The notes under the pieces are model-generated. The model was not told where the DNA came from. It made no database searches and was given only the letters and a program-made list of their open reading frames with translations. Positions 13,324-24,500 of a stretch of 64,000 bases of DNA are shown one piece after another. Each line of letters opens with the position of its first letter. The stretch's first letter is position 1. The position numbers and the translations under genes are program-made. Source of the DNA: Nitrospirales bacterium (GTDB lineage Bacteria; Nitrospirota; Nitrospiria; Nitrospirales; UBA8639); the NCBI GenBank assembly GCA_965203295.1, contig CBDBCZ010000012.1, positions 64,001-128,000 on the forward strand. The letters are read 5' to 3'.

Positions 13324-15149
13324 GCAGGATTATTGCAAACAACAAACCCTGGAGGGAGAGACCTTTAAGGGCCACACTGTTTAATTTTTATTATACGTAT
13401 CACTCTACACAAGTACGTGTCTCTTGTTTCCAGACTCCACGATTGATGATCTAAAGGATGAAGTGGATAGTAAGGTGGACAGTGCTTTACAGCGGTGAGT
13501 ATTTAGATGTCCTTTTTGATACACATGTACATCATTGTGTATGTATGGTTCAAGGGACGTGTAGCTTGTTTTGCAGCCATGAAAGAAAGCAGTCGAAGCG
13601 CCTCGAGTCGGTGTATGTGGTATGATGTGCGCAACTAAATTATTGTACTATGCAGCTTTCTCATTTGAAGTGACTGTGGATACTTAAATGTTGTGATTTT
13701 CTGAGCTTCTCTTCTTTTGCTCTCTTTTGACTACTCGTCACGTGCAGTTCTGGTAACATCATGTTGCTTCATTCACATTACATGTGACTTCAGCAATAGC
13801 AGACATACCAAATGTGATGTTTGCTCCCAGGTTTTCCTCATGCTTTTTACCTCAACCGGTTTTGTTTGTTTGTCATTATCGTCATTGTCTGTCATAGTGT
13901 TTTTTGGAAAATATTTTTAAATGGGCGATTTAGAGGCCATAACTATGTCAAAGCAGGAGGTAACAATTTAAAAAAAGAAATTGTCGTGTGTGTGTACATG
14001 TACCTGATTGTGACTAAAGTGGTTCTAGTCTCCGCATGTCCAACCCTTTCTTATTCAATGTGCGGCCTCTTGCTTGACACGTGTTTAATCATATTGGAGT
14101 ATACGTAGAAAAGCATCCATTTCATTAGTACTGCGATCAGTCCCACCCATACCTTGGATACGGCCATACATGAGCACGGTATATATACATATCTTTCATG
14201 CTGTTAGGTCCAGTCTTTAGAGTCCAGTAGTGCAGGATATGTCTCTGCTTGAGACTTTAGTTTCTACAGCTGTGAAAAGAGCTGTGTGGGAAGGCCTGCA
14301 TAACCAATCCCTTTCTTAAATTTACATTAGGACGAGGCGTTTGTTGAGCCGAGGAAAGGCAGGTGTCTCAGGTGCAGCCAAAGTAGCCACTATGCTGGAG
14401 AGCGTTCCTGAGGTCAAAGAAGAGCCCTTAGATGAGATTTCAGGTACATATACATGTACGTATGTACTTCTACATGTACATCAGTGGAGGTTGGAAGTGA
14501 TCACGTGCACGTCAATAATGCATGATGTTATGTATAGCTAATAGTGTTCCATTAAGAAGGACACGGAAGGTATATTGACTTCTGGCTTAAACAACATTTG
14601 ACATGTATATCTCTACAGCTTTTGTGGGGATGCCCCCTCAAAAACCTTGGCTTGCAAGTCAGTCAGCTTGCAAAATGTTTTGTAAAGCTACAGTAATTAA
14701 GGTGTTTTTACCACTCAAATTCTACTTTAAAACCTGCTAATCTTACACACAATCACTCGAGGAGCGGCTATTATTGCTCTCCTCTGCCTGAAACTACTTC
14801 ATTACATCATCAGACAACATGACTAATTGAATTCCACTGTATTGCACGTGATTGCTTCCAACTTCCTCTGCTTCTACGGGTACAGTGCAACATTTTTTTG
14901 TCTTTCATTTTTACTTAAACGACCTCTTGCACATGGAATTGTGTTTCTACATTCCCAACCTATGCATCATGATGTACTAATTAAATTGTGCCACATGACA
15001 GATAGTAGTATTAGCTGTAACAGTTATGTTTGAGCCCTTGCACCATTTCCCTGCTAGCATCTAGCCATAGGGCACACTTTACTGGACGTCGTTGCTGAGG
15101 TACATGTGTTTATATATTGAGGTACAGATAGTACTGAACCATAACAGTG

Positions 15150-15940
15150 TACCTGCTCTGGAAACAGTGCAGTGAAACTTGGAGGAATAACACTCAAGCT
15201 ATCGATGAATTTCTTGGAACATGGCCGACAACAGCATTCCTTTGTGTAAACTGCTACTGCCTAGGAATCCTCAACGTTGCCACTCTAGCTAGCTAGCTGT
15301 CTTCTACTGCAGTAGTTCCTCCAACGAGAGAGTTTACGTAGTCTTGTCTATGGCAGACTATGCTCAAGCACTCGATAGCTTCTGAACTAATGCATGAGTT
15401 GGGCGCATTTTGGGAATTTGTACAATTGTACTGCACATTTTATGATTTCATGGTGAGTTAGGGTCAGGGTTAGACTTAGGGTTAGGGTTGGGGCTAGGGT
15501 TAGACCTACGGAGAGGGTTAGTTTGTAGTTTTTTTGAATGTGCAATGCAATTTATGGAATGCACAACGCAATTTATACAGATAGTTCCGATTCATAGAAT
15601 GAGCCAAGCATATGCGTGTATTCCAGCACTGTAGCCATGTCTACACGTATGACTCTTTCACTATACTGTGTAGGAGAAGCTGGGGAATTCGACACTGCAG
15701 AGCAGCGAGAAAGAGAGATTGTCAGGCAGAAGCTTAGAGCTAGAGGAGTGAGTCGATTTTATTATAGTGGTTGAGGGGGAAGGGAAACATAATATCAGGC
15801 AACTTGAGTTTTAAATAGCTACATGCTGAAAAAGGGGTATTGGTAGAGTGAGCTGGCTCCCATTTGCATGTTAACAGGCATCATCTTCTCACAGTGTTTG
15901 AATACCTATAGTGAAGCTGTAGCAGTATGTCAAGGTACAT
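15150..15940 (+). repeat. SART1: Local duplication of 10070-11125 including a second copy of a SART1 exon (15674-15747)
   Basis: Near-identical from TACCTGCTCTGGAAACAG to GGTACAT, with two internal deletions relative to the first copy; ends exactly at the start of copy A. Confidence 0.9.
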
Positions 15941-18583
15941 ATCATGGAGTACGGTAGTACTCCATATGTAGGGATGGCACGGAAAAAAAATGGCGGCCCC
16001 ATATAACGCGTACAAAATGATACGTTCAGAACTCGCTTCTGATTATAGTCATAGGCTTTTATGAACCACAACATGACATCTCGAGTGTTTTAATCAGCAA
16101 CAAGACTATTAGCGTTGCAAGAAACCTTCGCTGGAGTACCACACCGGCTGATTCGACACACTTGGGGGTGGGGCGTAATAGTACATCTTCTTTCTTGTTT
16201 CTTCTTTCTTCAGCCAGGCTAGCACAATAATGGCTGAAGCGATCACAATGATTCAAGCGCGAACAAGCTGGATATTCTCTGGGGTATTGCACTCGCAGCA
16301 TAGCGTTTTCAAAGAAATCGAATAGGTTCAGCAGTGATTCACGAGTATTCTCGAGCGGACCCTTGTCGTTCGACGCCATTTAATGACAAGGATTACGCAT
16401 GCGCAGACTTTATCTATTTAACGCCTACCCATGATCGTGCAGGCTGCTCGAGTGAACGCTGGTCGTCCTACGCCATTTTGGCTAACAATATTCATAACAT
16501 TAACGTAAACCAGTCCAGTCCAGTCCAGTCCAGACCAGTCGAGACCAGTGCAGACCAGTTCAGACCAGTCCTGTCCGGTTTAGTCCAGAATTTCTGCTTG
16601 ATTGCAGTATAAATTTTCGCACACCGGATGTAGTTTTTTTATTGTTCTCGAGTCGAGTTTCTCTTCGTTGAGCTGTTTTATTGAAGTTAAAGCCAGTATC
16701 TCGTATTTAAGTTTTCGGATTCTACGCCTAGTTGTTTCTGTTATTCATCTTGGAAATACAAGGTACTGTGTATGCAGTAGTGTAAGTGAGGGGTGTTCGT
16801 AGGGTGGGGTTGTCTGGTCACGTGGCAAATTTACCTCGTTCTCTGGGCCTTTCCGTCTACCTTTGTGATGTATCATGAGCTACTGTTGTTGACCTGCTTG
16901 CAAGCAGAAAGCCTTGGAATTGAGGCTAATTCATCGCCTGTCCAGACAACTGCTACTGTGCGCTCACTTACAATATACATAATTTTTGGAAGAAAACAGC
17001 CCAAAAGAGACAATGGCAGCTTCTCGGGTAGCCTCGCGTAGTAGTTACAGCATTCACTGTGATAAGACGACAGCCGCTTTCCTTTCCCACACTGGATGTA
17101 TTCCCAGAATAAGCAACGGTACATTCAAAACCAGGAAAGTCTGACGGACTTTCGATGACCGAGTCTGTGTACACTGAGCCTACATATATATATGCATGAG
17201 TGGAAGTGCAGGCTACTAGAAGGAAACATGGCAGTACATATGACCTGCTGAGAGAGCTTGTATTGTCCTATATAGCTTGGCCCATAGTGTGTGTGAAACT
17301 GCTACATCAATATTATTTGTGGCTTAGTGTATAGGAGCCTGCTGGAACAAGATAATCAAGATTATGACTTGTAGTACATGCTTCCTGTTTTATGGCTTTC
17401 TTAATAAGACTCATGACATCTGTTTGACCACTAATTGCAGTACATTGTGATCTGTATACTGTGGTGTACATGTATATGCCAGATGTATATGTATGTACCC
17501 CTGCATAGTGCTTACATCTTCCCACGCACCGTGATATAAATATGCAATAACATAAACGGAAGTCTGAGCATTTTCATTTTCCCTTCCACTACAGTCCAGC
17601 CCAGTGTGAGCCAGGCCAGTAGACTGTGGACTAATCCATTGCTGCAATTACAAGGTACTGTGTAGGCAATATGCATAATTTGCGAGAAAAAGTCCCAAAA
17701 TACCGCACAGTACATTAAAAGCAGGGAAACTGTAAAATCAGCCTCCCATGCCAGCTATAGGGCCAACCCAGATAGCAGTTTCCCGGGCAGCCTCCCGTGC
17801 TAGTTATAGCACTAACCATGATAAGAAGGCAGCCTCCCGTGCATAATTTCCTCATGCCTAACTTGCTGTAGCTAGTAATAGAAGTGTATCAGAGGAGGTT
17901 GGAAGCGATCACGTGTACGTCAATAAACGCATGATGTCACGTATAGCTAATAGCATTCCATCGAGAAGAATACGGAAGGTATGCAGAGGTTTACGTTATC
18001 TGGCCTACTGAACGTTTTGTAGCTTCACAATCTTCGAGGGGACAGGTGGGGACGCTGCCTCAAAAACCTTGGCTTGCAAGTATGGAGCTGAGCTGCAGAA
18101 GATTGGGCTTGAATGCATCGAATTTTCAGTGAGGTTGCAAAGATTTCGCAAACCTACGGTATGGTAGCGGTTTTACCACTCAGATTCTAGCTAAAATTAC
18201 ACAAGATCACTCATGGAGCGGCTAATATTGTTCCTCTCTGCTCGAGCCGTTTTCTTTACATCATCAGCCGACACAGCTAATTGCATTCCACTAGTAGCAC
18301 ACAAGTGTATATACAAGCTGTGGCTGCTTCTGTTCTATATATGGCTTTCTTAATGAGATTCATGCGCACCAGCTGTCATATTTTGACCACTAATTGTACA
18401 TGTAGTACACTGAGCGGTGTACATGTATATATAGATATATATACATATATATACATGTACAGCTACGGAATACCATGAACAGAGGTCTGAACATTTTTAT
18501 TTTCCCTTCCACTACAGTCCAGCCCAGGCCAGTAGACTGTGGACTAGTCCACTGCTGCAATTACAAGGTACTGTGTAAGCAAT

Positions 18584-21500
18584 ATGCATAATTTGAGGAA
18601 AAAAAAGACCCAAAATAAAGCACGGTACATTCAAAACAGGGAAAATGCAAAATTAGCCTCCCGTGCCAGATATAGGGCCGGCCCAGATAAGAAAAGGGCA
18701 GTCTCCCGGGCAGCCTCCCGTGCTAGTTACAGCACTAACCCAGAGAAGAAGAAGGCAGCCTCCCGTGCTAGTTACAGAACTGACCCTGACAAGAAAAAGG
18801 CAGCTTCCCGGGCAGCCTCCCGTGCTAGTTACAGCACTAACCCAGAGAAGAAGAAGGCCGCCTCCCGTGCTAGTTACAGAACTGACCCTGATAAGAAGAA
18901 GACAGCTTCCCGGGCAGCCTCCCGTGCTAGTTACAGGGCTGACCCCGATAAGAAAAGGGCAGCAGTTCGCATGTATTATGCCAGGACTGCTGCAGCCAAG
19001 CTCAAGTGGGCCAAAAAGTACTATCAGAAGCACAGGGGGAGAATATGTGCTTCCAAACGAGGCAGGTATGCATTGGCAGAGCCTAAGCCTGTCGCAAAGG
19101 AGTTTTATGCGAAAGAGCTTCAGCAACTTTTGTTGAAAGATGATGAAGCTAGGGTCCAGCTTGTGAAAGCCTATAAGAGGCAGTACAAGAGTGCAGCAAA
19201 GCGACTGCCTCCAGTGATGATCAAAGCTGTCTGTAGAATAGCAGCTAAAAGACTGCTAAACAAAGTCTTGCAGGTACGCAAGGAGCACGCTGGTGCTTTG
19301 CTCAAGACTGCAAGAGTAGTCACTAGCCTCAACATCAAAGGTCGAGATGATTTCGGGGAAGGGTGTCATACTGCTTCCTCGGAACCATTCTACTATGATG
19401 CAGCCTATCAGCCTGTGCAGAGAGCCTGTGTCATTCCCATTAATGAGAATGGCAGATGTGTGGTTGCTAATGAAATTAGCAGCTCAGGAAATGACAGTAG
19501 CAAGACGAAAGGGAAGCAGCCTCTGAAATGGTGCTGTAGTAGTGAGTGTAAAACACTCACTGAAGCAGAAGTAGCTGCCGTGGTTAATCTCAAACAGGCA
19601 TTTGAGAAACCCATGGAAGAATTGCGAACTGCCTTGTATGCATGCGATAGTGGGTGTCCTAATGGACACTACACCAAAGCTGTTGTTAGGGAACACGCAG
19701 GCAGTATCGATGTTGACTTGCAAGGTCACACTCTGCCTTGTTTCAATGATGGGGGATGCTGTAGTCAGCTTCGCATACTGAGAGCAGCATCCACTCATTA
19801 CAGTGTGTTGAGAACGCTCTTGAATCACGTATACAGTGCAATTACGAGCCACTTGGGTGTTCTTAACATAGACAAGGCTCTGAGCACTGGTGACTTGCAC
19901 TTCCTAAAGGAGATCACCAAGGTGCCTGATTTCGCAGTGTTGCTCACAAATGATCTTGACTGTAGCTATGAGCAGCACATTGATGCTGCTGTTGCTGACT
20001 CAGTCCTCAAGAGTGTAGAATCTCGGTTGCTGATTGCACATGCACAGGTCATAAGTGACCTAGAGAAAGAAATTGATGATGATCCAGAGCATGCATGCTG
20101 TAGCTGCGAACGCCTGCATCAGAGAAAGTCTGTAACGAAAGTGAAACTCTCTGACAACCTTGGTTCCAAGGTTTGGCCTGCTCTGAAAGCCTTCATAGTA
20201 GAGCAAAACCCAGATGCCAATGAGCAAGTGCTTTACATGTGTAATTACTGTAAGGCACTCGTCAAGAAAGACGAAATGCCACCGCGTTGTGTCCTCAATG
20301 GATTGCAAACAATTTCAATGCCGCCTGAACTGGCGAAATTGGACTGTTTGAGTAGGCAGCTGATACAACGTGCCAAGTGCTACCAAACGGTAGTCAGGCT
20401 CGGCACGTACACTGCCAAAGTACCTGTGTACAATTCACTGAAAGCGTGTAAAGGTACCATGTTCTTTCTCCCTCTGCCATTCAATAAGACTCTCAAGACT
20501 CTGGAGGAGGTAGAGCATCCCAGCACTGCCTTGCCAGAGCCTGAGCTGTACATAATAGTGAATGGTAGGCCAACAAAGGGGGAAGTTGTGTGGCGTAGCC
20601 TAGTGAACGTTGACCTCGTCAAGACTGCCACAAAAACACTAAAAGAAATCAATTGGCTCTACAAGGATGTGAATGTTGAGTCTGTTGACGAGGCAGTTAA
20701 ACGGGTAGTGGAAGTTACCAATAGTGCTAGCAGTACGATGCTACAGAAAGCTAGCACAGATGACATTGCTGGCTTTCAAGCCTACACAATCAGAAGCTTA
20801 GACAATAAGCTCTCCAGTGACTCTGACATAGAGCAGTACAAAGTTCTAAACATCAAGGAAGATCCCTTGGGCAATCGCGAGAACTTCCTTGATGTTATGT
20901 GCTTTCCGGTGCTCTTTCCCACTGGACAGTTTGGTGAGCATCACCCTCGTCAGGTGAAGCTTTCTCACAGTGAGTATGTGAAGTCGCGGCTACTCAATAA
21001 AGACTCACGCTACAGAAAAGACCCCCAGTACGTCTTTTTCCTACTGTGGCAGAAAGAAATGCGTGAGATCTCTGCAGGTGTGTACAACCTGCTGAAATCT
21101 ACCAGAAGACAGCCCATGTCTGTCAGTGCACTGTTGCACGGGGTGGCGACTCGCGACGAACACCTCGAGGCCAATTTGTGCACGATGCTTCAGTCCGTGC
21201 GTGGTACGAAGCAATACTGGTTTGCGAAACAGAGCGAGCTGCGGTGCATGATTCGTGCATCGGGGCCGCCCACTCTGTTTCTTACCTTCAGCTGTGCTGA
21301 ATACGAGTCTGCAGACATCGACAGGTATCTCAGAAAAGTCAACGACGTTTCTCCGTCCTACAGCATAGGAAAGCTTTGCACTGACGACCCGGTATCAGTG
21401 TCCAGGAAGTTTTCGCTGAAATTCCATGCATTCTTTCGCACAGTCCTACTGAAAGGTGCAGTGCTCGGCGAGATCGAGCACTATTACTGGAAAAAGGAGT

Positions 21501-24500
21501 ATCAGGCTCGCGGTGCTCCTCATTACCACGTGCTCTTGTGGATACAGGATGCTCCAGTCATCGGTCACGATGATCCCGAACGGGTACTAGCTTGGCTGCA
21601 AGAGAGGATCACTTGTCACATACCTGACAAGGAAACTGATCCCGACTTGCACAGACTGGTCACTAGGTACCAGATGCACAAATGCAGTGCATATTGCAAA
21701 CGAAGACGCAAGTGCGGTAGAACATTCATTACCCGCTGTAGGTTTGGCTTTCCCCGCCAAGCCTGTAAAACTGCTACACTGAACTGCGTGGATGATGCTC
21801 TGAAATCGCGCAGGAAAATATACCAGTTGCCTCGAACAGAGTTGGAGGTGAGGGTCAATGACTACAACCCTCTCCTCCTAATGCTGTGGAAGGCCAACGT
21901 TGACGTGGCCGAGTCGTCGCTAGCTCTGGCCCACTATGTCAGCGGCTATGTTACTAAAGCTGAAAAGAGTAACTTGCAGGACATCTGGCACGAAGTCAGC
22001 GAAAATAAGAGCATTTACAGTCAGCTCTGGAGCTTTGGCGTGCGCAGCTTACGCTCTCGAGAGTGCGGGCTGTACGAGGCCAGCGATCTGCTGCTCGGTG
22101 ATCACCTCACCGAGAAGTCTGATGCCGTCAAGTGGGTAGATGTCTCCCTGCCTCACAAAAGGAGTCGCAGGTTGAAGGACCACAAGGTCTTGGAAGATGT
22201 CGCAAAGCGCGACCCCAACAGTGAAGACATCTTCCAGGACAACCTCTTAGATACTCACTATCCCCGGAGACCGAGCGATCTAGAAGGCCTTTGTCTCTAT
22301 GACTTTGTAGCCAACTATGATTACTGCGGTAAAGATGGCAATGGAGACAGGAAGTACAGGAAGCTTACAAAGCCTCGACTTCCTAACCACAAACTCTTTG
22401 ATCCAGAAAGAGAAGACCAGACAGAAGCCTACTACTATTCTCTGATACTCCTCTTTGTTCCATTCAGAGATGAGAGTAGTTTGCTTCTTGAGAATGAAAC
22501 CACCGAAGAAGCATTCCGGCGCCTGTTACCTGACGACAGTACCTGCTCTGCCTATCACAGCAGACTGCAGAAGATGTTGCAAGCCCGAGCCAACATCAAG
22601 CAAATCAATGACGCCAGACAGGCTGATGGTGAAGAACACAAGATCAGCAAACAAGATGATGATCCGCAGCTGTTGGGCGAAGCAAAAACGGCAATGAAGG
22701 AGCTGTTTGACATGAACGCCCACCCTGCCGACACTCTGTCCCTAAAACAGAGAATAGCAATGCTCAACGCTGACCAGAGGCGCATCTTTGACAAAGTTAA
22801 AGATCACCTCCTCCACCAACAACAGCACGAGGCTGATGAATGTAGCTGTGACTTAAGTCCGCTTCGCATGTTTGTCAGCGGTGTCGGTGGAACGGGTAAG
22901 TCGTTCCTCATCGAAACCGTCAAGGTATTAGTTCATGACCTCTGGCCCTCTGACGATTTAACGTGTGCCATTGCAGCACCGACTGGTTTAGCAGCTTTCA
23001 ATGTTGGTGGTATAACCATTCACAGGCTCTTTCAGTTGCCCATTGAACATGAGGGGAAGACAGCTCAATATTGGGCACTCCCCAAATCTTCACGAAAAGT
23101 GATGAAAACCACACTTCGGAGTGTGAAAATCATCATTGTAGATGAAGTTTCCATGGTTTCTAGCCTCAACTTTGCATATATGCACTTGAGACTAGAAGAG
23201 CTATTTGGTAGCCAAGACTGGTTTGGCTCTAAAAATATGCTCTTTGTTGGTGATCTACTTCAACTACAGCCTGTCAATGGACTTCCTGTATTTGAAAAGA
23301 TCACTCAAAAGTCGCTCCAATACAGACTTGGATGCGCAGCGTCTGTCAACATCTGGAAAGATGCTATCGCTTACGACGAACTGACTATCAATGAGCGTCA
23401 GAAACAAGACGGTGAATTTTCATCGATGTTGGATTGTGTCAGGTGTGGCCATCCAACTGATGAAACACTTAGCATTCTCCAAAAACGAGTCATTCAGAGA
23501 TCCGTAGCGGACAAGTTCGTTGAGCTTCAGCAATCTCAACAATCCCCTGTTTGTCTTTTCCCACGAAGAAAAGAATGCGATCATTTTAACAATGAAATGC
23601 TCAGTCGTCTCAGTTCACAAGTACATAAATTGTTGTGTACTGATGAAGTTGACGAAACTTACAGTACACGTAAGTGGAGCAGAAAAGCAGCAGAACAGCT
23701 TGACAAGCTTAACAAGGACTGTAACTTGACAGCAGGATTAGAAGCCCAGCTATTGCTAGCTGTCGGAGCACGAGTCATGTTGCGCCGCAATATTGACACA
23801 AATGCTGGTTTAGTAAACGGTGCCATCGGTACCGTCCTGTCCATTCGAACTGATCACGTCTCTGTTCAGTTTGACCACATAAGTGAGCCTTATGTTGTGG
23901 AAAAAGTAAAGAGCAGATTCATGGTCATGAAAAATTTCTATGTGTACAGGAAACAGTTTCCCTTGATTTTGGCCTATGCTGTGACCATTCACAAATGCCA
24001 GGGTCTGTCATTGGACTGTGCCATAGTAGACCTCTCTGATAATGTGTTTAGTGCTGGAATGGCCTATGTAGCAATATCGAGAGTTCGAACGCTAGCTGGG
24101 GTACACCTGGTTGCATTCGACCCGAACTCCATCATGGTTAGCACTAGCTGTCTCAAAGAAGTGAATCGCTTGAGACAAGTGTATAGACCAGACCTTAAAC
24201 CATATCCACTGCTGGTTAAACCTACAACCGGTACTAAACGTAAGCTCACTGGAAATACTGCATGCACAGAGCCCGAATCCAAAAAAACACGCCTTTCTAG
24301 GAAAAGAAAGCATTCGGGAGAACTCCCATGCAGTTCAAAGCTAGAGGCCAAAAAGCCCAAACAGAGTCCTCCTACCAGCAAGAGCTCTCCGGATGTCAGT
24401 GATGGCACTGTCATCTATTGTGGTAGTGAGCACTATACACCCCCTAATGCCATTAATCGACCACTCCCAGATGATCTCTGGCAGAGACAAAAGATTTGTG

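Larger units (their letters stand above)
8252..14443 (+). pseudogene. SART1: SART1 (U4/U6.U5 tri-snRNP-associated protein 1) internal exons, frameshifted fragment
   Basis: AG/GT-bounded exons 8252-8388 (DILDEGEDVLVNVTMVDQEKADKNVENRKGKPGYDPY), 9753-9825 (ILKKYNEEIEGEKKESFSLG), 10753-10826, 11686-11833 (LASEYYTSEEIVSFRKP...KADDLLPL, frameshift between these), 12159-12229, 13434-13494, 14331-14443. The first four resemble recalled human SART1 motifs (EDVLVNVNL, ILSKYDEE, LASEY, RADDLLPL); the last three are supported mainly by splice sites and phase. No flanking SART1 exons recognised. Confidence 0.85.
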
